Positions 1-9,172 are shown, counted from the stretch's first letter. The stretch: 32,619 nucleotides of DNA from Algoriphagus sp. (GCA_035458065.1 DATIAI010000185.1:1-32619); one strand, 5' to 3'. Notes: generated by a model from the letters alone, not told the origin. Program-made: numbers and translations.

Positions 1-2737
1 GGATCTTCACCTCTCCCAAATCCACATTCAAGCGGTAATTCACAGTGAAATCTTCCTCAGACTTTTCAAGGAAATACTCCAACTTGGGCAGAATGCTCTC
101 CTTTAGATAGGAGTCAAAGAATTTAGAAAAATCCTTTCCACTTCGCTCATTAAGCAGGTTTAGAATATCGGATGTAGTGATGTTTTGGTACTTGAATTTT
201 CTCTGGATTTCTTTCAGGAAAGCAAACCAAACAGCATCATCTCCCACCATTTTCCACAGGGAATTCAGCACATGCGCTCCCTTATCATACATCCCCCAAA
301 TGTTATAGTGCACATGATTGAGACCAAACTTTCCGATAATCGGATTTGGATTGTCGCCTTTTGGCCAGATGGAATTAATGTAAATCTGGCCTGACTCATA
401 GCCAAAATGTTCTTCTATAAAAAGTACCTCTGCATAGGTCGCAAAGGCTTCATGAATCCAGAGTTCGGCATTATCTGTGCAACTGACACTGTTTCCCCAC
501 CATTCGTGAGCAAATTCATGAAGGAGAATCTGTGAAGGAATCCAGCTCTTTTTAAAATCTTCATCTGTGAACTCGGTCCATTTTTTTTCTTCCTCCCGAA
601 AATACTCCGTCCCTAAAGCCACTGCACTTTGGTGCTCCATAGCATGGGGAGTTTCTAGAAACTTAATACCATCCCTGGGAAATGGATACGGTCCAAAATA
701 CTTTTCGAAAGTCTCCATCACAGGAATAATAAACTCAGATTTCTGTTCTGTTATTTCCCGATGGCCTTCCAGAAAATGATACTCAACATCCAACTCCCCT
801 TCTATCGCTGGAACCAACTTGGTGAATTGCTCATACTTCCCGATGTTCAGGATCATATTGTAGTTGTTGATCGGATAGCTGACCGTCCAGGAGGATCGGA
901 ATTTGCCGTTTCCAAGATCAAGTTCTTCGATTTTTCTTCCGTTGGATATTGCCTTCAGGTCTGAAGGAAAAGTCACACTGATCCGCGCTGAATCAGGTTC
1001 GTCGGACAAATGATCCTTGTTTGGCCACCAACCGCTGGCTCCATAACCCTGGCAAATGGCCTGAATAAACGGATTGCCCTCCTCGTCATTTATCCAGAGA
1101 AAAGAGGCATACATTGGAATCATCGGATCGTAATCCAAAGGTCTTCCACGGAAATAGACGGTCACTTCCTCTGTATTTCCCATGGAAAGCACCCTGGGAA
1201 AATCAATAAAAACGGCATCAAATTCCCTGGAAAAAGTAAGGTTTTCGCCTTGGTAAATTATGCTGTCGATGTCCATCTTGGAATAAAGATCCAACTGGAT
1301 TCGCTGGGTTGGCGCTGTCACTTTAAACCGCACCAAACTGCTGCCAGCGATGAATTCCTCCTCCGGAAATACCTCCACATCCAAGTGATAAAAGCCCACA
1401 TCAAAAGCCGTCCTGAGCGGAGTCAGTGCACCTTTTAGGGTGTCAAATTTTGAGAATTCATAGGGTTTGGGTTCAAAATCAGAGGACTTGAACCCATACA
1501 TTTTCTCATCCATTTCGATCCCTCGGGAAAAGTCAAATGCCCTCCAAAAATCTGCCCGGTAGTTTTTTTCAAAATAGGTATTGGCTTGACCGACATCATG
1601 GGGCAAAAAGTCAAAGTCTACTCCTTTTGGCATTTGAGAATCGTATTCGGTTTTGTAATGCAGTGTTTGAATCAAGGGAACCCGATCCATTCCCCGTTTC
1701 ATGCTGGTCACCACAAAATGCTTGCTTGAGTTGACTTCATCAAACTTCCATATTCCGTCTTTATACCGATACTGAATTACCTCTCTCCATTCGCCCTCGT
1801 TGTAGTGAAACTTGTACAAGTTTGTCACCACTTGGTAACCAAAATCATTCCTGAGATCCTTGAACAGCTTGGGATGGGATCGAAAGTCAATTTTCACAAA
1901 TGCCAAAGTCTCCTGATCCAGGTAGATGTGACCCAGCCAGTTACCATATTTCTTACCTTTAATGGGTTTGATTTTTATTTTGTAAGTGGGCCGTCCCTCA
2001 AGCATGACAGGATCTTCCAATTCATAGGTATAGCTACTGGCAAATTCATTCATTTGCCATCTGGAAGAAAAATCCCGCGCGACGTCTCTGTTCATCAATA
2101 GATAGGTATTTAGCTCCCAGGGGGTCAACAACATAATTTTCCAATCGTCAAATTCTGAGGGTTTGGTTCGGACTTCCCGGATATGGATAGAATCGCTGAC
2201 CTGATCCTGTTCCTCATCGTGCATCACATAGGGTGGCTTGATCAGGTCAATGAAAGCCTCTGTATATCTGAGATTTTTTCCATCCAGCAGCGTAAAATTT
2301 TTAAAATACCCTTGGAGATAGGAGCTGTCGGTCCCGTAATTTTGGACAATTCTTCTTCCCGCTTCCCGGATCAGTTCGGCTGGATCTTCCGGCTTTATTT
2401 CCACTCCTTCGAGTTCCAAAAACTCTTCCTCCATTTCCACCTTTACGTTGCCAAGACTTGAGGACCAAGGCATTTGGACAGTTTTGAATCCCATACAGGA
2501 AAAAATCACGGGAGTTCGTTCTTTGATGGTAGTGGGAAGTGCAAGTTCAAAGTCCCCTTTCAGACCTGCAATGGTTCCCTTGTCCAGTTCGGGAAAATAG
2601 ATATGAGCAAATGGGACTTCTTCCTGGGTTTCGAGATTGACTACTTTTCCGCGGAAAATCTGCTGAGACAAGGATTCAGAAGCGATTCCTATGAACAAGA
2701 ATAGGACGATGCAAAATTTTGAATAAAGTTGGTTCAT
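1..2737 (-). CDS. Secreted M1-family zinc aminopeptidase with N-terminal carboxypeptidase-regulatory-like domain (3' end beyond the window, >912 aa)
   Basis: Hand translation from ATG 2737 gives MNQLYSKFCIVLFLFIGIASESLSQQIFRGKVVNLETQEEVPFAHIYFPELDKGTIAGLKGDFEL (signal peptide + CarboxypepD_reg-like). The same frame has ILLHEFAHEWWGNSVSCTDNAELWIHEAFATY (HEXXH-X18-E, first His at 518-520), preceded by PHAMEHQS. No minus-strand ORF is listed here, consistent with an open frame lacking a stop in the window. Confidence 0.9.
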   Translation of the reverse strand, partial: MNQLYSKFCIVLFLFIGIASESLSQQIFRGKVVNLETQEEVPFAHIYFPELDKGTIAGLKGDFELALPTTIKERTPVIFSCMGFKTVQMPWSSSLGNVKVEMEEEFLELEGVEIKPEDPAELIREAGRRIVQNYGTDSSYLQGYFKNFTLLDGKNLRYTEAFIDLIKPPYVMHDEEQDQVSDSIHIREVRTKPSEFDDWKIMLLTPWELNTYLLMNRDVARDFSSRWQMNEFASSYTYELEDPVMLEGRPTYKIKIKPIKGKKYGNWLGHIYLDQETLAFVKIDFRSHPKLFKDLRNDFGYQVVTNLYKFHYNEGEWREVIQYRYKDGIWKFDEVNSSKHFVVTSMKRGMDRVPLIQTLHYKTEYDSQMPKGVDFDFLPHDVGQANTYFEKNYRADFWRAFDFSRGIEMDEKMYGFKSSDFEPKPYEFSKFDTLKGALTPLRTAFDVGFYHLDVEVFPEEEFIAGSSLVRFKVTAPTQRIQLDLYSKMDIDSIIYQGENLTFSREFDAVFIDFPRVLSMGNTEEVTVYFRGRPLDYDPMIPMYASFLWINDEEGNPFIQAICQGYGASGWWPNKDHLSDEPDSARISVTFPSDLKAISNGRKIEELDLGNGKFRSSWTVSYPINNYNMILNIGKYEQFTKLVPAIEGELDVEYHFLEGHREITEQKSEFIIPVMETFEKYFGPYPFPRDGIKFLETPHAMEHQSAVALGTEYFREEEKKWTEFTDEDFKKSWIPSQILLHEFAHEWWGNSVSCTDNAELWIHEAFATYAEVLFIEEHFGYESGQIYINSIWPKGDNPNPIIGKFGLNHVHYNIWGMYDKGAHVLNSLWKMVGDDAVWFAFLKEIQRKFKYQNITTSDILNLLNERSGKDFSKFFDSYLKESILPKLEYFLEKSEEDFTVNYRLNVDLGEVKI

Positions 2738-2805
2738 TTCCACAAAAGCTAAGAAGTTGGATTCAAGCTTCAAAAAACGTGGAATTGATTTATTCGGAGG
2801 AACGC

Positions 2806-2839
2806 AAATCGGATTCATTCCGATCAAATCCGGATTTGA
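2806..2839. promoter_or_regulatory. Perfect 16-bp palindrome TCAAATCCGGATTTGA plus a degenerate copy; candidate AraC operator
   Basis: Palindrome at 2824-2839 and related CAAATCGGATTC at 2806-2817, between the araC stop and the peptidase start. Confidence 0.4.
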
Positions 2840-2854
2840 GAGTTCAATTTCAAC

Positions 2855-4000
2855 CTAAATGGAAGCTGAAACTCCTTTTTGGCGGTTGGCAAAGACTTTT
2901 GGGGTCTCGCCTTTCAGCTTTTTGAAAGTTCTTTGAAAAGTGGCAGGAGAATTGAAACCACAGCGCGAAGCCACTCCGGCCAGGGTCAACTTACTGTTTT
3001 CCTCTTTTTGGATTTCTGCACAAAAAGCTTCTACCCTGAAGGAATTCACATAATCGTTGAAGTTCGTACCCGCCAGTTGGTTAAGTGTCAAAGAAATTGA
3101 CTTGGAAGCAATTCCGGTGTGTTGCGCCAAAACGGCCAGACTGAGTTCGGGATTTAGGTATAATTTATCCACTTCCATCGCTTGGGTGATCTGACGAAGA
3201 GTTTCATCCGATTCACCGGTCTGGGAAGGAATTGACTTTCCGTTTGTTTCAGGATATCGGATAGTTTTCAGTTTGGAATAACCCACTATTGCAATCCAGT
3301 AAAGGAAAAACACCAGAAAAATCTCCACCGGATAGTAATACGACCAATTGTATGGCCATTCCATAAGGTAAGGAATCAACAAGGTTACCGTCCAAAGCGC
3401 TCCCAGCAAAACCATAAAAATCTGCAATTTTTTCACCCAAGCCCTGACCTCCTTTATCCTCTGAATGGATTTTTTGTCGGTCCCTGATTCTATTGGATAA
3501 ACTGAAAAATCCCTAAGCGAAATACCCATGAATGCGAGAAATACCAGTAAACTCCAGGGTTCACTGTAGGTCAGATACACGTTCATCATCCAATCAAGGG
3601 GAGTCCTTAAGTTTACTATTTCAAATAGTGTCAAGAAAGTACCCATCCACCCGACAGTCAAATACAAAAACTGGAAAAAGAAAGGAGCGAAAAAGAGCAC
3701 TTTTTTGGATTTAGAAAATTGCTTTTCCCTACCATATAAGCACAGAAAATAAAGATAGAACGCAGGTCCGATCAAAAAAATCGTCACAAAGGGGTAAAAG
3801 TCAAAGAAGGTAAAGTGCTTCTCCAGTCCCGAACTCCAGTTGAACGTTTCCAGGCCGTTGTAAACCAAGGCCAGCATCACCAATGCCAGGTAAAATGAGC
3901 CAGGATGACGCTTGGAAGTAAAAAGCAAAACTGAAAAAATCAATCCCTGCATTGCGCCGAAAAGAATCAGAATATTTATCAGGCTAAGATCAAGGTTCAT
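2855..4000 (-). CDS. Membrane-anchored AraC-family transcriptional regulator
   Basis: About 6-7 hydrophobic segments in the N-terminal 240 aa; C-terminal HTH_18 signature YLNPELSL...NFNDYVNSFRVE...CGFNSPATFQRTFKKLKGETP. Confidence 0.93.
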   Translation of the reverse strand: MNLDLSLINILILFGAMQGLIFSVLLFTSKRHPGSFYLALVMLALVYNGLETFNWSSGLEKHFTFFDFYPFVTIFLIGPAFYLYFLCLYGREKQFSKSKKVLFFAPFFFQFLYLTVGWMGTFLTLFEIVNLRTPLDWMMNVYLTYSEPWSLLVFLAFMGISLRDFSVYPIESGTDKKSIQRIKEVRAWVKKLQIFMVLLGALWTVTLLIPYLMEWPYNWSYYYPVEIFLVFFLYWIAIVGYSKLKTIRYPETNGKSIPSQTGESDETLRQITQAMEVDKLYLNPELSLAVLAQHTGIASKSISLTLNQLAGTNFNDYVNSFRVEAFCAEIQKEENSKLTLAGVASRCGFNSPATFQRTFKKLKGETPKVFANRQKGVSASI

Positions 4001-4107
4001 AGGTGGTTACCCCATCGGAAATTGAAAAATAGAATGAACCGCAAAATAATCAAGGCTGATTAAACTGCCGCCTTGGCTGAATTGAAAAACGGGAATTCCA
4101 TCAAATT

Positions 4108-5565
4108 TCATTTTTCGAAAAAATCAGCTGCTATCCGTAGCGGTCGAAACGAAAGTCGGTTTTTGATCCGCAAAGCAGAGCTCCGCTGAGCAATACTCTG
4201 AAGTGCCCGAAGTAGTTCCAAAGTATGAGGCCCTTTGTTGATCATAATGCATTCCGCCGCGGCAGCACGGCCGGCATCCGTGATTTCGGCACGCGAAGCA
4301 ATTCCGGATTTATGAAGGTTTTCCAACACTTGAGTAGCCCAGATCACCGGTACATGTGCAGCTTCACAAAGCCAGGAAATTTCCTCCTGAATCTCCACCA
4401 AGCGCTCAAAACCGATTTCCACAGCCAAATCTCCCCTCGCGATCATCACTCCAAAATCCGGCGCAACCATCCCTTCGAGTAAAAGTCTAGGCAAATTGAC
4501 CACCGCTTCGTGGGTTTCGATTTTGAGAATAATGGGTGGAATTTCCGGTTTTATTTCACTTAATGCTTTCCTCAGGTCTGCGATATCTTCAGCTTTTCTC
4601 ACGAACGAAAACCCAACCGTATCGGCATAAGTACAGGCAAAAGGTAGACAAGCCCGGTCAAAATCTGTCAAGGATGGAATATTCAGAATGGAATCAGGAA
4701 AGTTTAGGCCTTTTTCGGCTTTGATAAAGGGCTTTTTGGAGGAAATCCTCTGGATTCTTACGGAAGCTTTGCCAGACTTCACTTCCTCTATTTTTCCCAA
4801 AATCAGCCCATCGTCAATAAACACGCGGTTACCAACCTTTAGCCAAGGAATGATTCCCGGTTCATTTGGGCTGATTACAATGTCTTTGGCATCAAATCCT
4901 TTGACAGAATCGCTCAACCAAATCAGGGAGTCGCGATGGACTTTCACCCTACCTTTCTTCTTTCCTTTTCCCAGCAATACTGTCCTGATCTTGGGACCTG
5001 CCAGGTCAAGATGAATTTTGCAGGGAATGCCTGATTGCTTGATAGCCATTTGGATTTTCTCGACCATTTTCAGCCAAACAGATTCATCGTCATGGGCACA
5101 ATTGATCCGGGCGACTCCCATTCCTTTTTTCAACAGCTCGGCCACAAGATTCTTTTCTTCCAAAAAAGAAGGATCAAATGTGACCATTACTGAAGAAGGC
5201 CATTCGGCATGTCTTTCCCCAAAAAGGTTGATACTGCTTTTGGAGATCTTTTTGGCGCCGTAATCCATGGTGCAGGGATCTAGCTTCCCAAACTTGACAC
5301 CCAAATGCTGCAAAGTCACCTGAATCTGTCGATGGGTATGACTTTCGCAGCTGGCCAGTGAAGAAAGCCCATTAGCGTGTAGCTTGTCCTGAAGCCGACG
5401 AACATCATTTTTTCGAAGGATCAGGTATTTGAGAAAATTCCCTGCCGACTTTCGGTTTTGCGGGTGGACGCGCTCCACTACTTCAGCAAATTCCTTTTCA
5501 ATCCTATCCATAGATTCGTGAAGAGCTGTCAATTGTGTCTGAATTTGGATTAGGTCGCGGGACAT
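4108..5565 (-). CDS. pyk: Pyruvate kinase, atypical subfamily (N-terminal extension, no C-terminal regulatory domain)
   Basis: Motifs ARINCAH, DLAGPKIRT, KIET, GVMIARGDLAVE, WATQVLE and SRAEITDA. ATG 5565 (MSRDLIQ) is preferred over the track start at 5673. Confidence 0.88.
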   Translation of the reverse strand: MSRDLIQIQTQLTALHESMDRIEKEFAEVVERVHPQNRKSAGNFLKYLILRKNDVRRLQDKLHANGLSSLASCESHTHRQIQVTLQHLGVKFGKLDPCTMDYGAKKISKSSINLFGERHAEWPSSVMVTFDPSFLEEKNLVAELLKKGMGVARINCAHDDESVWLKMVEKIQMAIKQSGIPCKIHLDLAGPKIRTVLLGKGKKKGRVKVHRDSLIWLSDSVKGFDAKDIVISPNEPGIIPWLKVGNRVFIDDGLILGKIEEVKSGKASVRIQRISSKKPFIKAEKGLNFPDSILNIPSLTDFDRACLPFACTYADTVGFSFVRKAEDIADLRKALSEIKPEIPPIILKIETHEAVVNLPRLLLEGMVAPDFGVMIARGDLAVEIGFERLVEIQEEISWLCEAAHVPVIWATQVLENLHKSGIASRAEITDAGRAAAAECIMINKGPHTLELLRALQSIAQRSSALRIKNRLSFRPLRIAADFFEK

Positions 5566-5732
5566 GGCTGAGGGTAAAGATTTAGTGCAATTTCTCAATT
5601 CTTGGGTTTTACGCTTTACATGACGGAGTTGTTCCCTGGATTTATTTTTAGGACAAACACCAAATCTATCCAACTGAGCCTAAAAGAATTAAAGCCGAAT
5701 TCTAAAAAAATCAAAAGAATTATAGAAATCCT

Positions 5733-5759
5733 TGAAGCGAAAAACAGCCATAGGCCGTC
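5733..5759 (+). promoter_or_regulatory. Putative ECF-sigma promoter TGAAGCGAA-N14-CGTC
   Basis: Lies 33 nt upstream of ATG 5793 and matches TGTAGCGAA-N15-CGTC upstream of the sigma operon. CGT is a typical ECF -10 core. Confidence 0.4.
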
Positions 5760-5792
5760 TTGGGGGAGTATTTGAAAACTTAACCAACACGT

Positions 5793-6521
5793 ATGAGCTT
5801 TATTTCTCAAAACAAAACAAGTACCCGCAGGGGATTTCTGATGGCAACCGGGCTTATTGCCGGTTCCTTAATGTTGACCGGCTGTCTGGATAATATCGAT
5901 TCTCCGGAATTGCCACCAGCAGCTTATGTTTCGATTTTTCAAGGTTCGACGGATGCTCCCGCCATGGATATCTTCGCCAACCAGAATAGAGTCAACCAAA
6001 ACCCGGTACAGTACACACAGGCACTTCCTTACAGTCCATTTTACACAGGCAACCGGGATTTCCGTTTTTCAGCTTACAACTCTGCCACCTCTCTGCTCGA
6101 GAAAAAATTTGAGCTGAAGGCCGATTCCGTGTACTCTGTTTTTATTTCGGATAAAACAGAAGGTATCGATGCGATTTTGGTAAAAGACATTTGGGAAGAG
6201 CCAACCGAGGAAAAAGCCCAATTGCGATTTGTCCACCTGTCCCCAGATTCAGAAGAAGTGTATGTGCAAATCTCTGGGGTCACTACACCTTTGGTCACTG
6301 AATCTACCTTCAAGTCCGTTTCGGATTTCGAGGAGCTGAATCCCGGCAACGTCACGCTGACAGTAAAATCCAGCGAAACTGATGAAACACTGATCCAAAG
6401 CGGAACCTTGGAACTCAAAGGAAACCGGGTGTACACGCTGATCCTGAGAGGTCTGAACTCAGAAGAAACAGGAGACAAAAAACTCGACATCCAGCTGATT
6501 ACCAACCTTATTAATTATTAA
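5793..6521 (+). CDS. DUF4397 domain lipoprotein
   Basis: Lipobox LTGC after an RRGFL-containing N-region. Two repeated beta-sandwich halves (YVSIFQGSTDAPAMDI; AQLRFVHLSPDSEEV). Confidence 0.85.
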   Translation: MSFISQNKTSTRRGFLMATGLIAGSLMLTGCLDNIDSPELPPAAYVSIFQGSTDAPAMDIFANQNRVNQNPVQYTQALPYSPFYTGNRDFRFSAYNSATSLLEKKFELKADSVYSVFISDKTEGIDAILVKDIWEEPTEEKAQLRFVHLSPDSEEVYVQISGVTTPLVTESTFKSVSDFEELNPGNVTLTVKSSETDETLIQSGTLELKGNRVYTLILRGLNSEETGDKKLDIQLITNLINY

Positions 6522-6543
6522 AAACGCCTCATTTTTTTGGTTT

Positions 6544-6582
6544 TCCCGGAGCTCTTGGGTGGGCTTCGGGATTTTTTTTTTT
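6544..6582 (+). terminator. Intrinsic terminator after the DUF4397 gene
   Basis: Stem TCCCGGAGCTC/GGGCTTCGGGA (with G-U pairs) followed by an 11-T run. Confidence 0.8.
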
Positions 6583-6587
6583 AGACC

Positions 6588-6616
6588 CTTTTCCAAAGTT
6601 TAAGACTTTGGAAAAG
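6588..6616. repeat. REP-like palindrome, copy 1
   Basis: CTTTTCCAAAGT-TTAAG-ACTTTGGAAAAG: perfect 12-bp stem, 5 nt from the RAYT stop codon. Confidence 0.8.
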
Positions 6617-6621
6617 ATCTT

Positions 6622-7167
6622 CTAACCCAGATTTTGACTTAAGATAAATTCTCGTTTAGTATCCAGCAGGTTTCTGGCTTGGCCCCAACCATCAAAGCAG
6701 TTTTGATAATTAGCTCTTTCCAGATTTGAAGTCTTCGCTTAGTTTTGATATGCATGCCAACTCGGCAACTTCCAATCTTGCACATTTTCCACGAAGCCGT
6801 GTTTAATCGGATTCAGATGAATGTATAAGAATGTCTCTTGCCAAAGGTGTAAGTCTAGGATGGATTTTCTTATGAAATTCTTAAGGAACAGACTTCCACA
6901 TCTTTGATACTTTTTATTGAATGCTTGGGATTAGGAACTGAAAAAATTGGAAAACTGCCTAGATGGCAACTTTTACCTTTCCTCTGACTTCACCCCCACA
7001 AGCAAATGAAAATGGTTTGGCATCAAGCAATAGACGTAAGTATAGACTACATCTCCCAAATATTTGGCGTATTGCTTTAAGAAAAATCGATAATTCTCAT
7101 CTTCTCGAAAAATATTTTCCGACACATTGGCATGATTAAAAATAGGGTAGGTTTGACCAGGTTCCTT
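6622..7167 (-). pseudogene. REP-associated tyrosine transposase (RAYT, IS200-like Y1 HUH) pseudogene
   Basis: One frame reads KEPGQTYPIFNHANVSENIFREDENYRFFL...YCLMPNHFHLLV...FSS*SQAFNKKYQRCGSLF...YIHLNPIKHGFVENVQDW. HUH (NHFH) and catalytic Tyr (YIHLNP) motifs are present. In-frame TAA at 6973-6975, 6931-6933 and 6739-6741; the expected start position reads AAG. Confidence 0.88.
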
Positions 7168-7199
7168 TGGATTAAAGTTTAAAAATACCCTCTGTCTAA

Positions 7200-7228
7200 C
7201 TTTTGCAAAGTTTATGATATTGGAAAAG
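7200..7228. repeat. REP-like palindrome, copy 2 (degenerate)
   Basis: CTTTTGCAAAGTTTATGATATTGGAAAAG, 25/29 identical to copy 1, upstream of the RAYT. Confidence 0.75.
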
Positions 7229-7246
7229 TCAGCAATAACCAGTCAC

Positions 7247-7278
7247 AAAAAAAACCACCCCAGATCGCTCTGGAGTGG
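7247..7278 (-). terminator. Intrinsic terminator of the sigma/barrel operon
   Basis: On the minus strand: CCACTCCAGA-GCGA-TCTGGGGTGG followed by T8. Confidence 0.8.
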
Positions 7279-7302
7279 CATTTGTTGGTATAGGATTCAA
7301 TT

Positions 7303-8637
7303 TTATTTCTTCTCGATTGCTCCGAAGTTGACTTTAAATGAGGCTCCAAACATCCCAAGTTTTTCACCATATCCGGAAAATTCCTGAAGTGGATAATTGT
7401 AGAATGGCATTACTTCGTAGCTGGTCTTTTTGGATTCATACAGGCGGATATTGACTCCCAAGTTGGCTGTGGCAAGGGGGTAAAACTTCTGATTGGGCAC
7501 AGACAAATCCTGGGACTGACTGACAGATTCGGACCTGAGGGTAAAGGCACTATTGGCAGCAAGGCCATCCATAACAGCTACCTGTCTGGTATAGGAGGAC
7601 TGCTGCTCTGCACCTTGATTGAAAGTGATCAGGTTTGAAAATCCAGCCTGTACCGAAATTGCCCGATTTCGGGTGATCGGATAATTGAAATAAAGCGGAA
7701 TATCCACTTGCACTTGGCTGATTTCGTTGGTTTCAGTCACTTTTGCAGCAAGCGCGTTAGCTCCTCCGTAGTTGTAACTCTGACTCTCACTGCTCTGATT
7801 GAGGTAATTTACGGCAAGTCCAGAACCCATCACGAGCTTTCCGGTGATTTCCATGTTCACCATTACTCCAAGACCCAAACTGGAACCACTGGTCGTCTGG
7901 TCAGAACCCTGGGAAGCTCCAAAACCCGGAGATACCCCCATTGCCAAAGTAGCAAACGACTTCTCGGACTCCAAGATCTCCACTATTTCCTCTTCACTCA
8001 GTTGAGGTTCTTTGGGAAGTGCCTCTGGGGCAACGACTTTCTCAGGTATTAACACTTTGGATTCGTTGGATTCCATTGGTTTTTCCTGAGTCGCAATCAG
8101 GGAGTTCATCACTTCCGGTTGTGGGGTGACTACATTTGGAGAAGCTTTTTCGATGAGGACTTGCTTGTCCTCCAACCTTGCAATCTGTGAGTCGGAATTT
8201 ATTTTTGGATTAGTTGGATTGAAAAGATTTGAAACCTGGCTGGGGTTCTGATTTTTTGAAGCTTGCTTTTCAGCCGAACTCAAAACCTGAGACTTACTTA
8301 AATCTCCATCCCCTTCATTTGGGATTTCAGCTTCTGAAATCATTTGATCCTCAATTTCAGGAGTTTCTGTAGTAAGCTTTTCCTCAAAAGCTATCTGTTC
8401 AGTTAGCTGTGTGTTTTCATTTTCGGTTTGCTGAGAAAGCCACAATCCTCCCGCAACCAAAAGCAGTGTCAAGGCAGCAGCGATGCCTGACAACCAATAG
8501 GTTGTGTTTTTCCTGGCGATGGCAGCCCTTTTAGCTTCAAAAGCCTCCCAGGCCCCCAGTTCGTAAGGAAGAGGGTTTTCTTCCTGCTGCTTTCGCAGCG
8601 AGGCGGCCAACCATTTTGATGTTTTATCTTCCTGCAT
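7303..8637 (-). CDS. Putative anti-sigma factor: short cytoplasmic N-terminus, TM helix, low-complexity linker, C-terminal outer-membrane beta-barrel-like domain
   Basis: Overlaps the sigma gene by 14 nt. AWEAFE segment, then TM (YWLSGIAAALTLLLVAGGLW), an E/S/P/Q-rich linker, and amphipathic strands (VDIPLYFNY, FGASFKVNF). Confidence 0.7.
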   Translation of the reverse strand: MQEDKTSKWLAASLRKQQEENPLPYELGAWEAFEAKRAAIARKNTTYWLSGIAAALTLLLVAGGLWLSQQTENENTQLTEQIAFEEKLTTETPEIEDQMISEAEIPNEGDGDLSKSQVLSSAEKQASKNQNPSQVSNLFNPTNPKINSDSQIARLEDKQVLIEKASPNVVTPQPEVMNSLIATQEKPMESNESKVLIPEKVVAPEALPKEPQLSEEEIVEILESEKSFATLAMGVSPGFGASQGSDQTTSGSSLGLGVMVNMEITGKLVMGSGLAVNYLNQSSESQSYNYGGANALAAKVTETNEISQVQVDIPLYFNYPITRNRAISVQAGFSNLITFNQGAEQQSSYTRQVAVMDGLAANSAFTLRSESVSQSQDLSVPNQKFYPLATANLGVNIRLYESKKTSYEVMPFYNYPLQEFSGYGEKLGMFGASFKVNFGAIEKK

Positions 8638-9172
8638 ATTCTTTCATGTGTTGTTGTATCAGCTGGCGCAATTTGGATTTTGCCCGCGTCAGGTAAACTC
8701 GGGAGGAGCTTTCGGTGATTTCCAGTCGATCGGCGACCTCCCTGTGACTGTATCCTTCGACCTCATAGAGGTTGAAAACCAGTTGTTGATCCTCGGGCAG
8801 TTGCTTGAGAAGTTTGATAATGTCTTCAAAAGCCAGCTGATCCGGGGCATATACTTCATCAAATACCGGCGTTTCCCCATCCGCTTCCAGGTGATTTTGG
8901 AAGCGTTTGTCTTTCCGGTAATAATCTATTGCGGTGTTGACTGTGATCCTTCTGAGCCAGGGCTTGAGGGATGGGGCTTCGTCCATTTTTTTGAATGAAT
9001 CAAAGCACTTCATAAAAGAGTCATTGGTGATCTCCAAGGCCAAATCCCTGCTTTTGGAATAGGACAGACTGATCCCCATGACATAGCCATAGAATTTTTT
9101 AAAAAAATATTCCTCATGTTTCTTTGACCGACGTTTGCAACCGTCGATCAGCTCTTGGTCAGACCAGTTCAA
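8624..9172 (-). CDS. ECF RNA polymerase sigma-70 factor
   Basis: Region 2 (NDSFMKCF, WLRRITVNTAIDYYRK) and region 4 (VFNLYEVEGYSHREVA...SSRVYLTRAK); TTG start. Confidence 0.95.
   Translation of the reverse strand: MNWSDQELIDGCKRRSKKHEEYFFKKFYGYVMGISLSYSKSRDLALEITNDSFMKCFDSFKKMDEAPSLKPWLRRITVNTAIDYYRKDKRFQNHLEADGETPVFDEVYAPDQLAFEDIIKLLKQLPEDQQLVFNLYEVEGYSHREVADRLEITESSSRVYLTRAKSKLRQLIQQHMKEYAGR

Noticed and set aside
185-2925. Series of short plus-strand ORFs in the track
   Set aside because: Nearly all are antisense shadows of the minus-strand peptidase gene (the last spans the intergenic gap and araC end), with no recognisable motifs.
5566-5673. 36-aa N-terminal extension of pyruvate kinase from the track start
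   Set aside because: It falls in the probable divergent promoter region and looks non-coding; ATG 5565 is more plausible.
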